Assembly (NCBI GenBank): GCA_051362555.1
Contig: CM120640.1
Coordinates: 8,866,001 to 8,930,000, forward strand
Origin: Lingula anatina
Lineage: Eukaryota > Animalia > Brachiopoda
DNA: 64,000 nt
Reading direction: 5' to 3'
This document shows, piece after piece, positions 53,198 through 64,000 of the stretch. Position 1 is the first letter of the stretch. Each line of letters starts with the position of its first letter. The position numbers were made by a program, and so were the translations under genes. Under the pieces are notes generated by a model. The model saw nothing but the letters and a program-made list of their open reading frames with translations. It searched no databases and was not told where the DNA came from.

Positions 53198-55613
53198 CAA
53201 ATTAACATGTAATGCAATTTTAAACAAGTTGGGTTTTAATTGTATGATTAATAATAAATTGGTTAATCTATAAAATTAATGTTGCATTTTGAAATAAAAT
53301 ATAGTATTGTTAAACAATGCTACGATTTAAAGAATTTACCGTCACACAGTATTGTTGTCTTTTTTCTTAAATATGCAGTATTGTTATAAAAATGTAAAAT
53401 GCAGAGAAAAAAAAAACAAATAAAAATTAATTACTTGAAAAATATTTTATTACCTCAAATTCGTGAGAAGAAACATCACAAAAATGTGCTCAGCATATGG
53501 AAGCATATAACCAAAAGTTTCAAAAAAGTAATTTAATTCACTGGTTTACTTGCGAGTAGTGGTTTCATGATGCCCTGTACATTTTATAATAATTGTGAGT
53601 ATTTATAAAAGCCATTCAAAACAAAAAGCTTAACCTTCCATTGTCCACTGACATTTAGTTAAGGGCTTATAATCCTGAAATTGAAAAATAATTACATTTT
53701 AAGTGCATTTCAGAAATACACCACTATATTGTATAGTACTGAGGATTTTAATTAATTATTGTACACAAAATAAACATCCAGTCTTCATTAATATCCTGCA
53801 ACTACCAGTAGATGGGACATAGCAGAGCTGCTTGTATAATATTTCATCATCCAGACCTTCATCTTGTAGACAACTAATATTGTACATGATAATATACCAG
53901 TAACAAGTGATCATAATACAGGTACATGTCTCCTGACTCAAGTTTGCAACATACTTGAAAGACAGGTTATATGTGCTGTTTCACTAACCTTGGCCAATAA
54001 ACATATGGTAAATGATAACTAAACTATCTTTAGTATTTGTAAACATGTAAAGAATTAAGTTGCTGCTACTAAGGTACATATCATTTACTGTACCAGTAAC
54101 GTGTTACACATAAAAATTTTGAAACAGCAAATGAAAAAATGAACTTCTTGACACTATCAAGATTGCTTTTTATCCAAACTGATGAAGGAGTAAATGATCC
54201 TCATTATTTTACATTATTACTATTGCTTATCATATTCACAGCTGTACTCTGGTGATAATCATATGTATCCCCTTTGATATGGATGTGACTGAACATACAG
54301 TGCTCAAAGTAATAAGGGCTATTGTCAAAGAATATACACAATAGAAATATTCTCTAGTTGTAGAAATACCCTCATTAAGAATGTAAAGTAAATTATGACA
54401 AAAATTAATATTGTCTTCACTTTAAATACATGTATTTATCTCTTTGTAGATAGTATCTGAATATGAGTATTAAATAAAATGTAGAGTTACAACTGTATAT
54501 TACTATATCTTACAAAAAAAGTATAAAACACTGAATTAAATTTTAAATCTTAATCTATTTGCTAGTGCAGTCAAAATTACATTTAATGACACAAAAAACG
54601 CAACTAATGTTCATGTTTTGAAAAGAAATTCTCTACCTGCCATTCTTGATTCAGTTTTACCAAATATTTAAACAACTCAATTCCTTAAAATCTTTCAAGG
54701 AAAAAGTATCAGACAATGTAAAACAAAACATTTTTCCTTACCCAATTTTCTATCCAAAATAAAGTCATACACTTTACATTATGAATTTTCTGTAATGCAC
54801 ACCTCTGACTAACCAAACCCTTCATGAAAAACAGTTGCTATAAAACATAAATGTCTTATTTTAAAACTGTACAGTAAAAAGATACGCATTTTGTACATGG
54901 GAAGCAGATTATCATACTCGTTACTGATAGATATAACACAATTTAACAATTTGTTAAGAAAAAAGAATTTAAAGAAACAAAATTTGTCAGTCTTTTAACA
55001 GCATATACTCATTTTCAGCAGTCCTCCACTTGCAAATAGAAATTCACTGCCATTTGGGATTTTCTCAAGGAAAAAATGTTATCCCAATGTAAATTTGAAG
55101 CAGTTCCTGTTATTTACACATTCCTTTTTCAGACAAATGAATGATTATGACATATCACATGTGATAATTATTTTACAAAAATAATCTCCAAATTAATGCA
55201 AAATTTGTGAAACTTAGTTTGTATCTTTACTAGCATTTGAGAGGACTAAGAAAGTCACTGCCAACACTCTCAGGCCCACTAATACGGTCTTCTTAAAAAG
55301 GAAATATCTTTTATCCATACCAGTACAGTATACTGCTTTCTAATTGAAATGCTTAAAGAAATTAGGAAACCCATTAGGGCCTGGGCTCTATATAACTCTT
55401 CTGATGTATTACATACATTGATTACACTGTATTTGAACATTTCAATATAATAAAACATTGGCAAAGTCTTTTGGTCCCTTGTAAGTTGACTAAATAGAAC
55501 TAAATTCCCCTCTGTTTTGCCTGATAGTAATGGTGCTACTATTTGTTACGCAGCTGCATTACATCATGCATTGACCACAACCTTGATATCACTGACTAGA
55601 CTGCTCATATCCA

Positions 55614-55679
55614 TTATATAATATTTCTTGTATCCTCGATTTGGCCTGACAAGATTCTGGCCAAAAACACAGCCAGGAG
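55614..55679 (-). CDS. Tetraspanin alternative terminal exon B (LLAVFLARILSGQIEDTRNII*)
   Basis: Acceptor ttatatttcag, phase 0, paralogous to exon A, stop TAA. Confidence 0.75.
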   Translation of the reverse strand, partial: LLAVFLARILSGQIEDTRNII

Positions 55680-58600
55680 CTGAAATATAATTCAAGAAGC
55701 ATTATGTACATTTTCTACTATTTAGATGCTGATTAGCCCAAAACATACTGACATTTCAATAAGGCTGTGCTGCAGTTTTTAAATACTTAAGACTCGTAAA
55801 TATGAAGTGTCAATTTAAATAAATATGAAGTTAATTCTGCTTAAGTTAAGTGAATTAAGTTTTTTTTAAATTTTTTTCCTAAAAAAATAATAAACAAATA
55901 ATTATAAAAAAGCAGACAGTATTTTTTATTACATGTAAATCGGCCAATATTCACATGAAAGTTAGCAAAATGAACAAACATAACATGCTTCAGGTACCCA
56001 TCACCTTTTGACTTCCCATTATTGAACAAGGAACTTAGTACAACACTGTACCAAACGGGGACACCACATGTGCTGCATGAATACAATATCATTCATGTGA
56101 CATCCAGCTCAATATTCATGTACCTTAACCACAGCTCATTATCTCCATCTAGACAGCTGATCTTGAACCTGTCCTGCCAAAATTCTGGCGAAGAAAATGG
56201 CCAGGATCTAAAAAGTTAGCAACAAATAAAAGTAAAATAGGATGACAAAACCAACGTAACCTGTGAGTGAGAAATCCATGCTTGGTTTAATAACAAAAGA
56301 ATGTACATTTTAACATTGACAAAAACGACACATAGAAAGTAAATTCCAAGCAAGCAAATGAAAACGATTACGTGTTGTTAAGCAAAGCATATATAAGGCA
56401 TTATTAGCATGACATGCAACATGTAAGCATAAAGCTGCAAGCAAATATGGGTAAATCAACCTTAAGGGTGATTTAATTATTAGCATGTGCTGTGTATCAA
56501 TAGAAATAATGTAAATAATAGAAATTATGCTTAGAATTAAAGAAAGTGGGTAATATACTTCTCAGTAAAGAAAATGATGGCACAGTATTGCTGAAGGATG
56601 CAATTTCATGTCTTGTGTTGGACATGGGGCTGGTGCAACATCAGTATACTACAACAATGTTATCAATGGAGACAACAATATACAGGGAGACTTAAAACCA
56701 CTCACTGATTTGCATCCATTGCTGTTATAAATTATAACACTTTGCGATTTCATTATTGAGTTAATTTTTTACATCTCTGCAAAGTTTTGAATTAGATGCA
56801 CGACTTAAATTATCCTCCTACTTGCACACAAGTTTTACACAAATAGTCATATATTTCACAAAAAAATGTGAATCTTATCCTTCTGGGGATTTCTTCATTT
56901 TTGTGCATGCATGAAAGAGCATTTGTCGGATTGCTTATGAATTTTCCAAAAAGTTTCACCTATTCATTCCTTTTCAGGGGAAGAGGGGGCAAGATGAGAG
57001 AAATAACCCACCTGCGTTACCCTTTTTTGCATTTAGTGTCACATGCAAATATAATGAGTGATCATCAGCCTCATCCTATACCAGCCTCAGAGCCTGTACC
57101 TACCTGTACCACTGCTATCCCCACCACCACCCCTCCTATGATGTACAGGTTGTCTTCTGCTATGGCCAAAAATGCATCTATGCAACCAATTTCAAAGATT
57201 TTTCCGGATACACCACTGGTCTGAAAATAGATTTCATTTTTTTTTAACAGTAGAAAAAACATCTTTTCATGACTTCAGTCTATTAATAATAATTATTATT
57301 ATTAATTTATCTATACTTTATTATACATGTAAGTCTAAAATCGCTTCTCTAATTTTAATTTTATTCTTTTCTATGAAGTACTTACTCCGCCATCTGGTTT
57401 CATCACACCATATCCACACATTGTGTTGATCAAGTCTTTCTACAAGAAGATAATTACATAACAAAATACTGGAGTATATACTATATACATGTATGTAATA
57501 ACATACTGGCTATATATAACTGATGCTTCATGCATTCCTACATGATACATTTTTGTTTGACCAGGTGCAGCTGCACCTTTTATCTTTGGATCATTATGAA
57601 GCATTTTTGGATCCTTCAAACATCTTTTTACCATCTGTAAAATTATTTTATCTCTTAATAACTAATGCAGAAGAGATTATCATCACTGGCTCTAACAAGT
57701 TAAGTGCTCTCCTGAGCTGACATAATGTACACAGAGAGAAGTAACGGTGAAGGGGAATGGGGGTGGGGGCAGAGATAATTTGGAGAAGAAAAATAATGTG
57801 GATTGGACCCTACCTTAACATGTCTAAGCTACAAATCATACTTTTTATCAAAATTTAGAGATTTTCCCCTCTTTCCAAAATGAATATGGAAAGTCTTCTA
57901 CACAGGAAAAAAATCTTTTTCTCCCAATATACAACATTCCCATGCATTTAAAACATAACACTTTATGCCGGTTTGTTGTAAAAAATACAGGTCTGTAGCA
58001 CATGGCCTGTACTATCTGGCAGTTTAGTCCCAAAGCTGCACAATATGTTATATAGAACTCAACGTTTCCTTGGTTGAATATTAATAGCATAAAATCATGA
58101 TTTGAGTCTCACATAATGGCATGTGAACATTCTACTCACATCAATATCTGTGGGTTTGACACAACATGAATAAGGGACCCCGCAGGCCTCTGGACTTGGG
58201 TTGGAGTCTGTGCAGTTGAAATATGGATTTAGATTCCATACTTTATAACTCTCTGCACCAACCCCACAGCACTGAAACTGAAAGTAAAATGACAAAATTA
58301 ATGTTTTGTAACTTACCTTTAAAAAATCAGTCTATTAATTTCATGTAACATTTCATAGTCTTTTTGAGAAAGAAAATAATCAGTCTGCCCAGCTTCTAAT
58401 TCCGTATATAAAACTTGCTTAGCCATGTTTGTTAAAAGAATGTGCTGTTGAATTTTCAAAATTATTTATCAATTATTTACCAATCCCAACATTAGACAAG
58501 AAAAATTTCTATGATAAAACCTACATTCTTTTGAATCCAGTCAATAATATTCTGCAGGTCAAGGTCGTCTCTGTACCGAATTACAGCCTCATCTTTTAAT

Positions 58601-58698
58601 ACTGATGTAAGCTTAGACTTGACGTCCCTTGAGAATACAAATGCCAGGACAGCACCAGTCACTTCCAACACAAACAGGATGATAAGAAGGATGAAGAA
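55614..58698 (-). CDS. TspanC8-family tetraspanin (TSPAN33/TSPAN5-like), 3' part only; 5' exons not found in window
   Basis: complement exons 58698-58525 (FFILLIILFVLEV...IRYRDDLDLQNIIDWIQKN), 58277-58140 (FQCCG...WNLNPYFNCTDSNPSPEACGVPYSCC), 57439-57386 (LINTMCGY) and 57220-57104 (IFEIGC...DNLYIIGG), then one of two terminal exons, 56207-56139 or 55679-55614. YRDDxDLQN, WNxNxYFNC and the 8-Cys EC2 are TspanC8 hallmarks. Confidence 0.92.
56139..56207 (-). CDS. Tetraspanin alternative terminal exon A (ILAIFFARILAGQVQDQLSRWR*)
   Basis: Acceptor ctaactttttag, phase 0, stop TAA; AATAAA on the minus strand at 55925-55930, before exon B. Confidence 0.8.
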   Translation of the reverse strand: MLAIFFARILAGQVQDQLSRWR

Positions 58699-59040
58699 CT
58701 GAAAATATAAAATGACAAGATGTAAACCAGTGAAATACCAGTACTGCTACACAGGTTTCCCAAAATCTCTTATGTAAGGATGATAGAAAAGAGAACTTCC
58801 TGAAGAGAATATAAACATATTTTGGCCAGTAAGGCACGGCGGGGCCTGACAAGTCTGTCATGCGATCAAAGCCCTTCGAATAGTTAAAAACATGCCATCT
58901 GTACAGTCTATTCATAAATAATTCTTTTGATCTTGTAAATACAGATAACAGATAGCCTTTGATTCACATATAAATACATAAATTAAAATAAAAAATGTAG
59001 AAAGTCAAATATCAAATGCCACTGCTTTGGGTGAGGTTAC

Positions 59041-59086
<46 letters not shown>

Positions 59087-61360
59087 CCCATACATATACA
59101 TGCACACGCCCATGCACACAATACATGGTCTATGAAAACTGTAGCAGTTTGGTTTCCTCTCAAGTGCTAAAAATCTCTTAAATATGTTTATCAATAGGTT
59201 CATGTAAGTATCTTTATATAAAGGTCAGAAAAATATCAAGACTATATTATTGAGAATAAGTACCTTCTTACACTAGTTACATGTGACTGTTTTGTATCTG
59301 AGAGTTAACACAAGCACCAGGCATTAGCTATTAGGTGAAGGACAACTTGACAAGGGTAGGAAAAAATGCTGCATAAACTACTGATAATTATGAACATGCA
59401 TGAACAATGTTCCTGGAGGTGCAGTGCCCCATGCTATAAAGCTAAAAACAAATCAATTCATTTCCTTGACAACACCTGCTTGGCAATTTGTAACTGTACC
59501 AGTCTACACAAGTAGTACAACATGTACTTTTTCAGTGACTGAGAATAATCTTAATTTCTATTCATGAATTTGTCAAAACACGTCAAAACAGATGAAATAT
59601 TATATCAATTCAAATGAAGTTTTGCATGCAGATGTAAGCCCATGCCTGCACATAATATAGTACAAGTTGTCGACTCCACTGCACACAGCCAGCACACAGC
59701 CAGTAAAATATAGTCTGCATGCTACCCTTGCCCTGTGCTATAAATGGGAGGCATAAACAATTGTAAATCATAATCATGGCTTTCTTTTGCCTTGGGCCAA
59801 ATAATCCCCTTTTTTCCTCAGAGCAAAAACAAAAGCACAATGAACAGATTTGAATTAAAACTTTTTTCCGAGTCATAAAATAAAATACCAAACAAAAGTG
59901 AAATGTGCATACTTACTAGTCACCAAAGAATTTTATGTGCAATTTGTGTCAAACATATTAAATAGAAAAAAATCCTTAAGAAAAAAATACTTTGGAAAAA
60001 TTCCCAACGAAAGTTAGTTTAGTGTTTCTTTACTTAAATCATGTGTTTGTTTACTTATATCACATGTACTTTTCTAAACACAATTCAAACCAATTATGCC
60101 CTGCACACTATCTAGAACTTGGCAGAACTTGACAAGGAAATAATCAGTTGTGCAGCTATACCTCCGGGTGTTTGAGCCTGGTCCAAACTAGAATTTTGCA
60201 TGTGGATAAATTACAAATCAATACTAAACAACCCAGCTTAAGGGTTGATTGCACATGAACACTAAAATAAGGAAATGAACCTTTCGAAGTAACTTATATT
60301 AATTACCTTGAAAAATGTGAAAAAAAACATTTGCCTGCTATAATATATTCTGTGCATAGACGTACTGTACATAAAAATCTCAAGGGAAAGTGGGAGTGGA
60401 ATGCAGTCAAGGTTTTCATATGTACTTATATTATTCTGGTCATGATACCTGGCTGAATATCATCAGATATTTATCACAGGTAGATAAATAAATCCCCACA
60501 AATACAAGAGGTAAAACCATTTCATACCCATGCTGACAATGTTACACCTGATGTTACAGGTTTCTACTGTGAAGACAGGCATGAAAGGCCCATGCAAAAA
60601 ATGTAAAAAAAGTAGATTGATGAGACCTACAAAACACACCCTTTAAAAACAGTACTGGGTCCCCTGCAGGTATGCATACACTTGATGATGCCTATTAAAT
60701 TATAATAGGTATGATATTTCATATGTGTGCCTGTGGATAAATCTGACTGCTTGGTTTTGGTATGTTTTTATATTTTTGTTAGGGGTGTAGAGTTTGGTAT
60801 TAATAGTCATCCTGTACATCAACCAAAAGTAATAAGGGTCATGGCTAAGACACTAAGTCACTGTGGTCAGAAGCTGAAGTCATTTTTCATGAAAGTGGAG
60901 TTCATTTTTCACAAACGTGTAGATGATTTTTCATGAAAGTGGAGATTATTGTTATGAAAGAAGGGATCAATTTTTATGAAAGTGTCTCCAGGATCCCAAA
61001 ATGTCACCCAAACAGCTACCCGAAAAGTGTATCACTTCATGATTCATAAACCCATCTCTTTGATCATATTACTGGTCAGTTTGATGGTCACTTTCTGTGC
61101 CTAAGGGTCATCCATTATGGAACTGTTTCCACCATATATATATATGAACCATTGCTTGTTGCAAGTGTGTTTAATCACAGAACACATCATGATCGTAACA
61201 ATACTGGCATGGTTGTTTTTAATAATAATCATAAATGGCTTCTGTCAGGAAAAGAAAAATGTATTTTGTCTTCCAAATTAGTTTTTATTATATGAAACTA
61301 GGATAAATTGGTCATTATGGACTATAAATGTAAGCAGCAATGGCTGTTTACCAGATGTGC

Positions 61361-61394
<34 letters not shown>

Positions 61395-62042
61395 CATAAA
61401 TTTTACGACTGACTGACTTTTTACATAATCATTCATTTTCAGCCAGGTGAATAGCTTCAATTTCAACCTTGTAACTTTTAAACTAAAAACCTTTATTAAT
61501 ATAAGATTAAGAAAGTTTTATTTTATTAGGGCAATGTCAACTAATAATTGTGTGGAACAGTTCTCTGTTTAAAACTGTGGCTACTGTAAACACAAAATAC
61601 ACTCATCTTAATTTCATGGTTTTCACCTCACCACATACTAGCATTTTCGTCAGTTCAGGGATATTTGTGGTCCACCATTTAATTCTTCCATTCCTTTCAA
61701 GTTTGGGTTTTTGTTAATACACATTTCGCATAAATCACAGTGTCCAAAAAGAAGACAGAGTGTAGTTGGACAATGGACATTACCTTATTTTAGTATTGAG
61801 ATCAACTTGTTTTCCTGTATTAAAAATGTATTACTTCAGCACATTTATCAAGATGTTTGTTTTATTTATATATGCCAGGCACCTATCTGACAAACCACAC
61901 ATTTCTGAAAAAGTTGCCTTATGATATCAAAATGCTAAAAGTGTATAATGTTCAAAAATCATGCACTCTTCTAAAAGTGAAAATATCAGTTATATTTTTG
62001 CCTAATCAAAAATGCACTATCTCTGATTACTTTTAAAATAGC

Positions 62043-62984
62043 TAGAGCTGGAAAATTCTTTCTCGGAGTGCGTAAACACACTACAAACATTGCTGTAAGA
62101 GGGGAGATGGGTTGGCCCTCAAACTTAACTAATCAACGTACGGAAGTCTTAAGGTACTGGAATAAACTAAAGACATCAGATGAAACCAGGCTAATAACAA
62201 AAATCCACAAATGGTCGCTTTATAAACCGCGCACCTGGGAAAGTAGAGTGTTGTCGCTCCTGTCTCAGATGGAACTATATACGGAGGGAGACCTTGTCAA
62301 CATTTCTTTGGCAAAAATAGTCTTAAAAACTGCGGATGAAAATTTATGGAAAATTAAGATGTGGGATGACAAAAAGTGCACAAATGGCAATAAACTACGA
62401 ACATATAGAACATTTAAAGGTGAACTTGTGACAGAATCTTATTTGCATAATAACTATCTGACTAGAGCACAACGACGGACCTTTGCTTCACTACGCTGTG
62501 GAAGCGCACCCCTCAGAGTGGAAACCGGGCGTTATTCTAATACACCACTAAATGAGCGCATATGCGTTTATTGTTCTTGTAATGAAATAGAGAGTGAGAA
62601 ACATTTTTTAATTAACTGTGAGCTCTATAAAGACATCAGAGAAGAGCTTTTTAACCTTGCAAATCAAATAGACGGAAATTTTAATGTTTTTAATAACTAT
62701 GAAAAGTTTATATTTCTTATGCAAAACGAACAAATACAATTTTATACAGCAAAAAAAGCACATGCAATGATGTGGAAAAGAAGCAAAGTTAACAACAAAG
62801 AGAGGGTTTAAAGTTTTATTTATAATATCCTTTTTTACGTATTTTATTGATAAGTAACAATTTTAATGAACTTCTTTGAATTTTAAATGCAGTAGCACGG
62901 GTTTTAGTCTCTCATAACCCTTAGCAGGGTGGGTTTTATTTATTTAAAACGTGAGACGTTAATAAAATTATTATTATTATTATT
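62043..62984 (+). mobile_element. 5'-truncated non-LTR retrotransposon (RTEX-like), young insertion in the tetraspanin intron
   Basis: Uninterrupted ORF to 62811 with GEMGW, NKLRTYRTFK, LRCGSAPLRVETGRY and a CxxC...H...C zinc motif (RICVYCSCNEIESEKHFLINC). AATAAA plus an (ATT)n tail, and a 17-bp TSD ATTACTTTTAAAATAGC at 62026-62042 and 62985-63001. Confidence 0.88.
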
Positions 62985-64000
62985 ATTACTTTTAAAATAG
63001 CAAGGGTGAATTTTTTTTTTCTATCTGACACCAATGTTGATTCAAGAAAAACAGCAGATGTAACCAACCTTAAATTCATGAATCATCAAATGAAACAAAA
63101 ATCAAAGATAACTTTTAAATGCCCTATTTTAGATTTACAATGCATGTAAATGCATGAACATTCATAAAACTAAACATGATGAGTAATATACAAAATGAGT
63201 AAAACTTCCCTTTCCCGTGCTTCTATTTTCCCTAGTCATAAAATATAGTAGAAAATAATACTTCTTTCCCAACGCATATCATACTGTAATAAAAGCTGGA
63301 TGGGCCTCACAAACATTGTACAATTAGCCTGCTATAAATTTACTGTACCAGGGATTTATTTCACTTTTATGAATAACGTGTGCCAAATAACTGCAATGTG
63401 GAATTTAATCTCATTCCCAAATATGATAAGCAGATCAGCAAATTATAATCCCGATCAACTGAGGACTATGCAAGATCAGTATGACCAGGTGTACTTGGCA
63501 CTTAATCAGATTTATCACAACATTTTGTCAGGGTGTTTCTGAAAATTGGTACGAAAGCTGCTCTAGGCTAATTGTTTCTACTGATTCATTTATCTACCAC
63601 CCATTTCAATCTTCCTCATGTACAGGTCAGACGAGTACAGAGTGATCAAAGATGGCTGTGACAGCCTAATTAACAAATCAAAGGTGTGAAAAAGTGTACA
63701 ACTACTCTGTTACATGTGCACTTGTGGACTACCAAATACTTTCAAGAATGTAACAGTACAACTCAAAGAGATTTTGTCTTTACAGACAGGTTTCACTTTT
63801 GAAGTAAATTTATTGACTCATCATAACCCACTCAATGGATTTATATTCACTTCACTGTAAAAGGGGAGAAAAAAGTTTGAGTCCATGTGCTAACATGATT
63901 TTATAGACAGCACTATTGCTATTTGTCTATCATTACTTTGCAAAACAAGGCCTATAAATACAGGTATGTTATGGTTGTGACTAAGTTTAACTGATGATGA

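Noticed and set aside
59042-59086. Long poly-C/poly-G runs (also ~831-858 and ~13459-13478) as G-quadruplex elements or poly-Gly/Pro ORFs
   Set aside because: Simple homopolymers, common across this window and partly inside MITEs. Their length may be a sequencing artefact, and there is no evidence of function.
59140-59200. ttag|CACTTGAGAGGAAACC as the missing tetraspanin GALREN exon
   Set aside because: Translation (ALERKPNC) does not match the motif and no suitable donor follows. The upstream exons probably lie beyond the window.

Overview
AT-rich, intron-rich eukaryotic (metazoan invertebrate, probably lophotrochozoan/mollusc-like) genomic DNA, not prokaryotic; almost all short ORFs in the supplied track are spurious. 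Manual splicing gives five multi-exon genes: SLC37A4/G6PT (+, 10 coding exons), an ESE-family ETS factor (EHF/ELF3/ELF5-like, -), DMAP1 (+, 12 coding exons), a strongly divergent AhR-like bHLH-PAS gene (+, 11 exons, ~860 aa), and the 3' half of a TspanC8 tetraspanin (-). The AhR-like gene hosts two antisense nested genes in its introns: tRNA-Cys(GCA) and an intronless AP5S1. Introns and intergenic DNA carry many transposon pieces: a ~930-bp foldback element, a B-A-B split-direct-repeat (Ngaro-like) remnant, hAT5-like MITEs with 5-bp TSDs, a TTAA Kolobok-like MITE, a compound ISL2EU/Spy-like MITE, a young 5'-truncated RTEX-like LINE with a 17-bp TSD, and old RTE debris. The most interesting observations are the altered-specificity AhR paralogue with a skippable microexon beside its basic region, and duplicated alternative terminal exons of the tetraspanin. 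All homology calls come from recognising motifs by eye; no searches were run.
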